Source of the DNA: Hypanus sabinus
Lineage: Eukaryota
Direction of reading: 5' to 3'
Assembly: GCF_030144855.1 (NCBI RefSeq)
Contig: NC_082710.1
Span: 149,172,001 to 149,236,000, forward strand
DNA: 64,000 bases
Part shown: positions 12,630 through 23,600 of the stretch, one piece after another
Numbering within the stretch: the first letter of the stretch is position 1
Layout of the letters: each line of letters opens with the position of its first letter
Made by a program: the position numbers and the translations under genes
The notes under the pieces: model-generated
Told to the model about the DNA's origin: nothing
Databases searched by the model: none
What the model saw: only the letters and a program-made list of their open reading frames with translations

Positions 12630-13265
12630 TAAAATTTGTTAGAGTACATACATGTCACCACATACAACCCTGAGATGCTTTCTCTGTGGGTATACTTAGC
12701 AAATCTACAGAACAGTAACTGTAAACAGAACCTGTAAACATCAGGAACTGTAAACTATAAACAAACTGTGTGAATACAGATAACAGATAAATAGCAATAA
12801 TGAGCATGAAATAACAAGACAAAAGAGTCCTTAAATGAGTGAAGTTATCCCCTTTTGTTCAAGAGCCTGATGGATGAAGGGTAGTAACTGTTCTCGAACC
12901 TGGTGGTGTGAGTCCTGAGGCTCCTGTACCTTCTAGCTGATGGCAGCAGTGAGAAAGGAGCATGGCCTGGGTGGTGAGGATCTTTGATGATGGATGCTGC
13001 TTTTCTACAACAATGTTTCGTGTAGATATGTTCAATGGTTGGGAGGGTTTTACCCGTGATGTACTGGGCTGAATCCACTACCTTTTTTAGGATTTTCCAC
13101 TCAACGGCATTGGTATTCCTAAACCAGGTCCTAATGCAGCCAGTCAGCACACTTGCCACCATGTATCTATAGAAATTTGTCAAAGTTTTTGATGTTATGC
13201 CAGATCTCTGCAGACTCCTGGGGAAGTCAAGGCAGTCATGCTTTCTTCGTATTATGATTGGGCAG
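12630..13265 (-). mobile_element. Rex1/Babar- or L2-like LINE 3' fragment
   Basis: ORF 12845..13270: LTNFYRYMVASVLTGCIRTWF...YRSLRTHTTRFENSYYPSSIRLLN. Confidence 0.7.
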
Positions 13266-13879
13266 AGCATTCATGAATCTCTGAACCTCCTGATCATTGC
13301 TACCAGGTGGAGAGTGCAGGGATGGAGAGAGAGAGTGGGTGAAACAGTGACAGATCGAGTGATAACCTCGATAATGTCAGTGGCCAGTGAAAACAAAGAA
13401 TGTTGTGGTCAGAAAGTGTAAAGTGTTTTTTCTCTCTCTCTCTCTCACTCCCTTCCCTCCCTCCCTCCTGCCCTCATTTCTCTCTCATTCTCTCCTCTGC
13501 CTGTCCCTATCTTTGTAGACACCCTAGTTTCACTGTCTCTCACCTTCTCCATGACCATCTCTCTCTCTCCCTGTCCCCTTAATTCATTTCTTTCTCTATC
13601 TCTCTCCCACCCTCTCTCTGTCATCCCCTCTTTCTCTGTCTCTGCTACATTCCCCATCACTGTCTGTCTCCTCGTATCTCTCTCTCTGCCTTTATCTGTT
13701 TAATTCTTGCTCTCTGTCCATCCCTTCCTCTATGCCAGTCAATGCCTCTTTCATTGTGTCTGTTGGGCTTATTGGGCTTGAATACTTTCTCACAGCACTG
13801 GCCACAAACACACACACTTTATGACTGCTTTAACCTTTGTCTGACCACTGTCACAGTGATCCCAGACCTCGTTTCATTG

Positions 13880-14015
13880 GTCAGTGACATTTGGCAGTCC
13901 CACCCCTGGGAAACTCCCTGTGACTGAGTGAGAGGTTGAGTCATGCCTTCTGACATGGAAAAGTGAAGCTGGAACTGGAATCTGAAACAGACAGAGCTGG
14001 TGAGGTGTCGTCACT
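13880..14015. promoter_or_regulatory. Candidate distal immune enhancer or relic promoter (kB + AP-1 + IRF-E)
   Basis: GGGAAACTCC (13908-13917), TGAGTCA (13937-13943) and GGAAAAGTGAAG (13957-13968); shows collinear similarity to the TAP1 promoter. Confidence 0.5.
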
Positions 14016-16089
14016 GCAGAGTGAGGGAGAGTCAGACTTCGTGACCCAGAACATGGGGTGAAAGGGTCTGGATGAAGCTCAGTGTGAGGGGTAAAGACGT
14101 GAGACGTGGCTGAAACTGGAACCTGGAATGAAAAGCAATCACTGGAACAACACAGTGGGTCAGGCAGCATCTCTCTTAGTTATTGTCTCAGGTGGAGACA
14201 CTGCGTCAGGGACCACACAGTCTCTTGTCCCAAAGCATCCTCATACATCTTTCGGATCCATAGAGACTGCCTGAGCACTGAGTTTTACAGCGTTCCGATC
14301 ATAAAATAAAGTTTTATCTTATCTTGAATTGACTTTATTTCGTACATCCTTCACATACATGAGGAGTAAAAATCTTTATGTTACATCTCCGTCTAAGTGT
14401 GCAATGTGCAACCATAGTAATTTATATTAAATGGACCATGCAATGTAATATCGAGTACACTCAAATCAGCGTGAGTTCATCAGTCTGATGTCCTGGTGGA
14501 AGAAGCTGTCCCGGAGCCTGTTGATCCTGGATTTTACTCTGCGGTACTGCTTCCCGGATGGTGGCAGCTGGAATAGATTGTGTTTGGGTTGACTCGGAGC
14601 CCCAATGCTTCCTACACTTTAACAACACTGAGACCACTTTAGTGTAAAATTGACGATTTTTGTTCTTTTCTGTAAAAGTATGTAATTCACGTTTATGATT
14701 TTCTAGTGAATGTTGCTTACCTGATACTTTGTGACTGTGCAAACAAGCTTTTTATTTTACCTGCGCTCACACATACTTGTGTATGTGACAATAGACCTGA
14801 CCTTGACCTTGTTTTTTTGTGTCATAGGTCACAGGGCTGTAGGGTCAAAGTGCAGAGGTATTGACCTCGCAGACTGAGTCTCCTGACCTCAGAGAGGATG
14901 CACTGGGCACAGAAGGAGTTCAGCAGAGTTTCAGGAGGCTGCTCCCACAGACAGAGGGTTTGCCGAATGAGGGGAGATCGAGCTGACTTGGGCTGTATCC
15001 TCCAGAGCATGAGTGGAGATCTCCCGAAGAAAGTTCCAACAGGGCTCGACTGACTTGATGCAGGGAGGAGGATTCCTGTGGCTGAGTGGTCTGGATCAGG
15101 CGCAGTCACAAAACAAATTGGGGTGGGCTGGGCTGGAGGAGGAGAAGCTTCCACACTGAGAAGGTGATGGATGTTTGGAAGTCTCTCCAGCAGAGATCAG
15201 CTGAAGCCCTGTCAGCGAGTTTATTTAAATGTCTGTGATGTATTTATCTCATCGCCATAGCAGCGAGAGGGGCTGCGGATGGAGTGCGGAAGTTTAGAGG
15301 GAGGTGACGGGAAGAGAGTTCGGGCAGTAACGGGGAGCAGAGGGACTGAGACAATGGATGGGCAGAGGGAGGGTGGGGATGGTGACGGGGAAGGGAGGAA
15401 GGGGATGTTAATGGTGTGGGAGTGGGGAAGGGTTAGGGACTATGATGCAGGAGAGAGTGGTTAGGTGTGAAAGGGAAGGGGAGACTGGAGACAGGAAGGG
15501 AGAGAGTGGGACAGTGCTGGGGGGCAGGGTTGGGAGGGGAGGATGGGGTGTGTGGGATGGCTAAAATGAATGGACTGAGACCTAAAACATTAACTCTTGT
15601 CTCTCTCCCTTTACAGATGCTGCCTGACCTGCTGAGTCTATTCCAGTTTATTTCAGGAATACAGCAACTCTCATTTTTTTGGTTTTGACTCACACTACAG
15701 TGCATCACCTCTGCCCATCTCCCAGTAGTAAGAACATTTCACTAACCTGCCCCCCGCCAGTCCCCCTGTAACAGAACACACTCACGGGTCACGGATGGGG
15801 TTGTGTGAACCTGTTACCATGAAGGTGGGAACAGCAACAGACCACTGAGAGAAGATGGCAGCACACTGCCGTTAGGCTACCTGGAAACCCCCAGTCACTG
15901 TCCACAGTGCAACCTGCTCCCTGGCTACTCTCCAACCTCTTCCCAGGAGCTGCTTCTCCCAAACACAAGTGGGTACAGATCCCACTCCAGTCTCACAGCC
16001 TCTGGCTGGTTCCAAAACTCTCTTCTGCAGCCAGTTTGCCCAATCTACTTTGTATCTCAAATGCTAGGGCTTAGGATAAAACAAGATTA

Positions 16090-17765
16090 CCAGGGAACAG
16101 TGACAGGAGACAGCTCTGAGCCCCAGGCCTGGAATACAGACAGGATTGCATCCAAGCTCACTGAACAGTGACAGGCCACAGCTTTGTGTCCCCAAGCCTG
16201 GAATACAGACCAGTAATAGATCCAGTGTCAGGAAACAGAGACAGGTCAGAGCTCTATATCCCAAGGCCTGGAATACAAACCAGGAATTAATGTGTAATGT
16301 ACTGTAAGGATTCACCGCTAATGTAATGGCTTCTTTGTAATGTTCACTGCTGAGGTAATGGTTTCTCTGTAGCAGCAATGTTTGGGTTATGGCTGGAGAT
16401 AACCGGACTGTGATATGCATGTTAGCCAATCAGAGATTGTTGCTGTCTTGTGAACCTGGAAGGAGATTTTTCGTGGTCTTTGGTCGTGGAGAGATGAAGA
16501 GAGAAGATGTGTGTGGAGCCGGAGTGGACTGGGATCTGAAGGTTGGCGACGTTTGGAGGAGACTGATGGTGGAAGAATGACTACTGAGTGAGCTCCAACG
16601 TGAACTTGCGACTTTTCCTTGACTTGGGCCCTTTTTTGTTTATTTTCATTACTAATCCTATATTCAGATTAAGATTCATAAAGTTCAATCATTTAATTGC
16701 ATATGCTGTACTGTCTGATATTTTGTGTTGTGGGTTTGTAACTGGGGGTACATTACATAGCATCCACACAAATGCGGTACCCAGTTTGGCAGGGCCAAAG
16801 GCTGTTCCCCAGATGAGCACGAGCTGGGTGAGCATGAGGGTTACAGATGCAATGTGAGGAACAGTGACAGTCCACAGCTCTGTGTCCCAAGGCTTAGAAT
16901 AGCAACCAGGAATGGATCAAATGTCAGGGTGCGGTGACAGGCCAGAACTCTGTGTCCCCAGACCTGCAGCAGAAACTCAGGATCAAGGCTCAGGAAAACA
17001 GTGACAGCATCCAGCTCTGTGTCCCAAGGCCTGGATTACAAACTGGGAATGTATGCCAGAATGTATCCGGTGTCAGAGAATGGTGACAGGCCACAGCTGT
17101 GCATCCCCAGGCCTGGAATACAGACCAGGATTGCATCCAGGCTCAGGAAACAGGAACAGTCCACAGCTCTGTGTCCCTAGTCCTGGATTTCAGACCAGAA
17201 TTGCACTCAAGATCTGGGAAATGTACAGGTCACAGTTCTGGGTCTTCAGGCTCAGAAAAGAAATCTGTAATGGATCTGGTATCAGGAAGCAGGAACAGTC
17301 CTCAGCTCTGTGTCCCAAGGCTTGGAATACAGACCGGGAATGGATCCGGCGTCTGGAAAAGGTGACAGGCCACAGTTGTGTATTGCCAGGCAGGGAATAC
17401 AGACCAGGAATGGATCCAAGCTCAGGGAACAGTGACAGGCCACAACACTATGTCCCCAGGCCAGGAATGGATCCAGGGTTGGAAAACAGTGACAGGCTCC
17501 AGTTCTGTGTCCCTAGGCCTGGAATACAAGACCAGGAATGGATCGAGACTCGGGGGGAAAAAATGTCAGTCGACAGCTCTGGGTTCCCAGGTCTGGAATA
17601 TTGTCCAGGAATGATTCTAGTGTCAGGAAACAGAGACAGGTCCACAGTTCTGCATCCCAAAGCCTGGAATACAAGGGATGGGTCCAGAGTCAGGGAATAT
17701 TGACTGTCCACAGTTGTGTATCCCCGGCCTGGAATACAGATCAAGATTGCAACCGGACTCAGGGA
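16090..17765. repeat. Degenerate ~60-70 bp minisatellite (ACAGTGACAGGCCACAGCTCTGTGTCCCCAGGCCTGGAATACAGACCAGGAATGGATCCAG...), interrupted by an LTR-like insertion
   Basis: The unit recurs about 3 times at 16090-16290 and more than 10 times at about 16860-17765. Confidence 0.85.
16293..16757 (+). mobile_element. Solo-LTR-like element (465 bp)
   Basis: Perfect 10-bp terminal inverted repeat TGTAATGTAC...GTACATTACA and an internal CCAAT box; no clean TSD seen. Confidence 0.6.
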
Positions 17766-19299
17766 AAATTGCTGGCGAAGTGCAAGTGCAAACTGCATTT
17801 GGGTCCAAGTCATTTTTGTCAAGGGCTCTCATCACAGAAAGCTCAATGAACACAATCTCATTATTACTTTTCTTCCCAGTGTTTATTTGTTTTTGGATTT
17901 TACAGTAATCTTGACCTTTTTATACTGAATTGCTACCATAAAATAACAAACTTTACATCAGGTAAGTTATTGATAATAATTTCATTCTGTGTCTGATCTG
18001 TAGGGTGTGTCTGGCCCAGTGAGGAATCGCTTTGTTGGATTTGGTTCTAGGGAAAGAGTTAGACAAACTTATGCATCTGTCAGTGGGGAGCATCCAGTAA
18101 CCAGCGATCATAATATCATAAAGCATTTGAATGGCAATGGAAAGGGACAAGTCTAGTGAATTTATTGTAATTTAACCATATAGATGTATATAAATGTATA
18201 TAGAAATGAAACAATGATTCTCCGGACTAGGGTGTAAAGCATAGAAATACACATAACACACGTAGCACCTGATAACTTATGAAGGTAAGGATAAATTCTA
18301 CAGATGAATCATGCATGAATAACAACCTAAACTGCATAAAATAAATATTGTAAGGTATGGAACAGATTAACCAGGGACACTTCAAATGCAATGGGGGACC
18401 ACTCTAGGATTCAAATAGTCAGTTGAAATAAGAGATCCAGCCCAGGTAAACTAGAAACAAAGCTGAGCTAAGAAACCGGTGTGTGCATAATGGGAGGGCT
18501 TTGCAGTGGAGATGGTTCACCTACAGTCTGGGTACATTCATGTAGAGGGAAGGGAAACTAATGCCTTTGTGTCCCTGTGTCTGTGTATGAGTCCTGGCCC
18601 TATGTCCTGTTCCTAAGGAGGGGCCCTGGCTCAGTGATCCTTTGCTCAAGTCTTAGGCCCTGCGTCCTGGTCCCATCAGTGGCCTGGGCCCTGTGTCCTG
18701 GTCCTGTCTGTGGCCAGTGTTTGTATCCAGCTATGCCTCTCTCTGCTTCTGCTTTCCTTTCCCTTGACCAAGACCAAGTTTGAGTCCTTGTCCAGCCATG
18801 GAGTCCTGCGTCCTGCCCCCACATCCAGTCCTTGCCTGGATTTGGAGTCCAAGCCTGAGTCAAGACCCAGGTTCTGGGTCCCTGTCCAGTTTCTGGCTCA
18901 GAGTCCTTGTCCAGGTTCCTAGTTCCTTATCCAGGTCCCACTTTCCTAGTCTAGTCTTAGCCCAGACCCTGTATCCTAGTCTTGCCCAGTGTTGTTTCTA
19001 ACCCCCCCCACCCCGACTTCCCTTGCTTTCTGACACACCAGGTCCCACTTTCCCTAGTACTTCAGTGTCTGTGCCTTGCATTTGGGTCTGCTCTCAATGC
19101 CCCCCTTATGACAATGTGACACTTTTCCCAGGATTAAATTTCCTCCACATCCTCTCCATCCATTCCACTGCCCTCTTATCAACTTCTTCACAATTCACAC
19201 CCCCCAGTTCTGTACAGACTGCAGATTAGGCCCTAGTGGTGCTGGTCTTCCTATTAGATCTGGCCCAGCCCGTTATCTGTACTCCCACGGAGTTTGTCC

Positions 19300-20090
19300 C
19301 ACAGGTATAGGTCTATTCCCTCAGTGTCTGTGCCCCCAATGTTTCTGCCCACAGGCCACCATCAGGGTCCTTATCCCAGGGTATGTGCCCTCCATCCATA
19401 TTCAGCATATCATCCTTCATCAATTCCATCAACCTCATCAAATCTTCTCCTCATACTTCATTTTTGTCTTCTTGTAGGGACCACTCCCTTCGTGACTCAC
19501 GGGTCCACTCATCCCACCTCTCTACATGCACCATTGGTGTCCCCATACCCTCTCTACCGCCACCATCTAGGGACCCGAACACCCCTTCCAGGTGAAGTTA
19601 TATTCATTTGCACCACTTCCAAACTCCTCTACTGTTTTCAGTACTCCAGCCTGATTTACATCAGCCAGATCAAGTGGAAGCCATTTCGCAGGATCGTGTG
19701 TACAGTCCACACCACTGACCCGACCTTTCACCTTAAACAAACCATTGGTCTGTATATTCTACTTTCAGAAATCGGGTAATTAGCACGTGCTCTCTCTAAC
19801 TTACTCCCCACCCCTTTATCCAGTTCGATTCCCTCCCCAACACTTACTCTGATCCCACCTGCCCATTCGATAATAAATAGGTTTAAACACACCGATTTAT
19901 CCGAGGTTCTCCTCCCGTCTCTTCGGCCGCCTGGATCCATCTGCCGATCAACACCCCCCACCATCTCACGCCCCCCGATTCTACCTATTACCCACAGAGT
20001 CTGTCTCTGAACTCCCTCGGTCCTCACCTGGTTCTACCCATCACCTACCACCCCTGACCTCACCCCTCACCTCCACCTCTCTCATCTAGT
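19300..20090 (+). mobile_element. Second, more degenerate Penelope-like fragment just upstream of the class I promoter
   Basis: Similar to 11600-12200 (GGGACCCGAACACCCCTTCCAGGTGA...FICTTSKLLYC). Confidence 0.6.
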
Positions 20091-20243
20091 TCGCAGCCCT
20101 CTACATTCTCAATCCCTCGGCACTGGCGATCACTGGAATTCTACAAATGATTCTCGCCATGCTGAATCTCTTTAGCGGGTTATCTTTCTCCTCCTGTGTC
20201 ATTTCCCTCGAGTCTGACCCCCCGGGTCTGTTCCCGGGATCTG

Positions 20244-20490
20244 TGACGTCAGGACCCCGCCTCTCCCTCCCGTTCCCATACTTTCGATTTTGATTCCCAA
20301 CTCCGCTCACTCCACCCTTCCCGGCAACCGATGACTCACAGAGCAGCTCTTTTTCTGATTGGACGGATGCGGATATTTGCAATTTTATTTCCAAAACGAC
20401 TCAAACTTCTCTGACCAGTTCTGCCCAGAAACCACTGACGCTAAACAGAGTCGGATTACGATTGGGCTGCACTATCGCGCGGACCAATCA
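20244..20490 (+). promoter_or_regulatory. MHC class I promoter: CRE, ISRE and SXY module
   Basis: TGACGTCA (20244-20251); ISRE-like ACTTTCGATTTT (20280-20291); X1-like CCCAGAAACC (20424-20433); X2 TGACG (20436-20440); Y-box GATTGG (20460-20465) about 20 bp downstream; second CCAAT (20484-20488). Confidence 0.75.
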
Positions 20491-20627
20491 GCGTGCAGTT
20501 CGGGAATGAACCTGACGGGCATCGCCCAGCGACGGCAGATTTTGAGGTGCGGTGAGCCGAGTGCCATTGGTGCTGTGTAGTGGCGGAGGACTTGGGAACT
20601 CGAAACAGTTCGGATAGAGAGGGAATA

Positions 20628-20679
20628 ATGATGCTGCAGCTACTACTGCTGGCCCTCCTATGTGGAGGGGTCTCCGCAG
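20628..20679 (+). CDS. MHC class I exon 1, signal peptide MMLQLLLLALLCGGVSA
   Basis: 52 nt, ending at the G|GTGAGT donor. Confidence 0.93.
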
Positions 20680-23600
20680 GTGAGTGAAGAGTCAATGGTC
20701 AGCGGGACATTCAGTGAGTGAGAGGGTGGACACAGGGTCACCGTCCCCAGTCAAGGTGTGAGGGTCCCACGCCACCCAGCCTGAGGTCAGTGGAGATCCG
20801 TTTGGGGGTGTTGTGTGGTGGGAGCCCCTGCAGAGACTGCACACGGGAGGCGAGGTGCGGACGGATGGGTTAACACCTTCACTGACCTGGGCAGGAACTG
20901 GACAAGTGGACAGTGGGACACCAGATGACTGGTTAGCACTGGGGTTTAGAGGATGGCGCGGGAAGAGCCAACTCAGTCCTGTAGATCCGTGCTGGGGTAT
21001 TGCTTCCTTCCGACGCGTTGTCGGGGCATTTACACAGAACAGAGAGGGGTTCTGACTGGGTTGTGGGAAGCAGGTTAAACGTGTTACAGCAGGGTAATGA
21101 GGTGAGTCATCTTCGTGTTGTGAAGGAGAGGTTATTTATCTGTTAACTAGACGGGCCAGCGCTGACCGCCCTACTTTATCAGAGACAGAGTATTGTCCAA
21201 TCACTCCCTCCTTCCCACCCACTCGTTTCCTCACTTTCCCAGTTCTGGACCTGAAGCATTAACTGTGGTGCTGCCTGGGCTGTTCAGAGTTTCCAGTTTT
21301 ATGGTGCAGCCCATTTTGTGTCTTCCTTCCTCTTCCAGGGATGAAATCTTTGGAGTTTCCGTGTTTTTACGGGATCGGGTTGCCAGTCTCATGCCCAACC
21401 CCCCCCCCCCCCCCCCCATTCCCAGCCAGTCCCGGAACCGTTCGTGGCTGAGTTTTTGTGATTGAAGAGTCCAAAGGCCTCTTTAATGTAGTGTTAGTAT
21501 GTGATTGCACCACATCCCCTGGCAGCGAGTTCCAGATATCAGCCACTCTCCGTGTAAAAAACACCAGATCTCCTGTAAAACTCCTTCCTCTCGCCTTAAC
21601 CTATGACCCCGTGTTTTAATATCCCTATGATGGGAGAAGGACTTTGACCTCTTATATATCGGGTCACCCCTTGGCCTCCCATATCGTACGGAGCGGAAAT
21701 GTTGACAGTACTCAATGCAGACTCACCGCTGTTTTATGCAGTTCCATTGTAGAGAGAATGAGATCTTCTTTACCTTCTCTGTCAAGGATAATCTGAAAAT
21801 CATCTGTATATCAAGAGCAAAGGGGTAATTGGGAAGAGCAGAGGTCCCTGAAGGATCGGTGTGGTTGTATATATGTGGAGCCAGAGGTCTCAAATAAATA
21901 CTCATCTCCACTTACTGGGGAGAAGGTCATGCCCAAGCTAAGGAATTCAAGAAAGACTGCAGAGACATCCTGAAACATTTCAGTATTATAAATGAGGTGT
22001 TGGTGGTCTTGAGGTGCATAAAAATGGATAAATCCAGGAGTCTGAATGAGAGTATCCAAGGATATTCTGGGAATGAAGGCAGAAATTGGTAAGGCCCTGG
22101 GAGATCAGTTGCTTCAATAGACAAGGGTAAGGTACCAGAAGATTGGAAGATATCTGATGTTGTCCTTTTATGTAAGAAAGATTGCACAGGCAAGCTAGGG
22201 AACTACAAGCTGTTGAGCCTAACGTTAGTGCTGGAAAATTTACCAGATGGGATTCCGAGAAACTGGATCTACCTGTGTTTGGAAAGGCAGGGGCTGAGAA
22301 ACTGTTTCTCACAAATCTGATTGAAGTCTTTGAAGAGGTGACCAAGAGGATTGATAAGGGATGGGCAGTATATGTTGCCAGCATGGACTATAGAAAGGCT
22401 TTTGATAAATTCCTATCACTGAGCCATGGTAGGCAGATCCAGAAAGTGAGATCACATGGGATCCAGGGTAAGCTAGCCAAATCGATACAAATTGGCCCAG
22501 TGGTAGGAGTGAGTGTGACAGTAGACGGTAGATTTTTCAGATTGGAATCCAGTGACTGGTGGTGTGTTACAGGCATCAGTTCTGGGACTCCTGTTGTTTG
22601 TCATTTGTGTTAATGATTTGGATGAGAATGTAGGTGCCATGTTTGGAAGTTTGCAGATAGAACCATAGAACATTACAGCACAGACACAGGCCATTCAGCC
22701 CTTCTAGTCTGTGCCAAAACTTTATTCTGCTAGTCCCTTTGACCTGCACCCAGTCTGTAACCCTCCAGACCTCTCCAATCCGTGTATCTATCCAATGTAT
22801 TCTTAAAACTTAAGTGAGCCCACATCTACCATGTCAGATGGCAGCTTGTTCCACGCTCCCATCACACTCTGAGTGAAGAAGTTCCCCCTAATGTTTCCCC
22901 TAAACCTTTTCCCTTCCACCCTAAAGTAATGTCCTCTCATATTTATCTCTACTAATCTAAGTGGAAAGAGCCTACCCGCATTTACTCGCCCCTCAATTTT
23001 GTAAACCCCCCCTCATTCTTCTATGCTCCAAGGATTAAAGCCTTTACCTGTTCAATCTTTCTCTGTAACTCAACTCCTGAACTCCAGCAACATCCTAGTA
23101 AATCTTCTCTGCACTCTTTCAATCTCACTGATATCCTTCCTATGGTTAGGTGACCAGAACTGCACACAATACTCCAAATTTGGTCTCACCAATGTCTTAC
23201 ACAACCTCACTATAACATCCCAACTCCTATACTCAATACTTTGATTTATGAATGCCAGGATACCAAAGGTCATCTTTACAACCCTGTCTACCTGTGACGC
23301 CACTTTCAGGGAATTATGTATCTGAACTCCCAGATCCCTTTGTTCCTACGCACTCCTCAGTGCCCTACCAGCTATAGTCCTATAGTTAAGATGACAACAT
23401 CTTAACTGTATTCAAACTACAAAGGAATAGAATAGGACATGGGTGCACTGTAAATATACATGTGAAAATAATCAGCTAATAATGAGGAGCAGCAGCATCA
23501 GAGCTTGGAGGATTCTGGTGCCCCCTGCTGATCGGATTGAATCATGACAGGTAGTGAATGAAGAGATTGGCATATTTACCTTCATTGATCATGTTACTGA

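Noticed and set aside
15720-16060. Unique-looking stretch with a short ORF (15872..16060)
   Set aside because: The frames I translated on both strands showed no recognisable protein or convincing splice pair.
17053-17703. 216-aa ORF
   Set aside because: Translation of the degenerate minisatellite; no domain signature.
16090-17765. CRISPR-like repeat-spacer pattern
   Set aside because: Eukaryotic context; units are degenerate along their whole length with no unique spacers.
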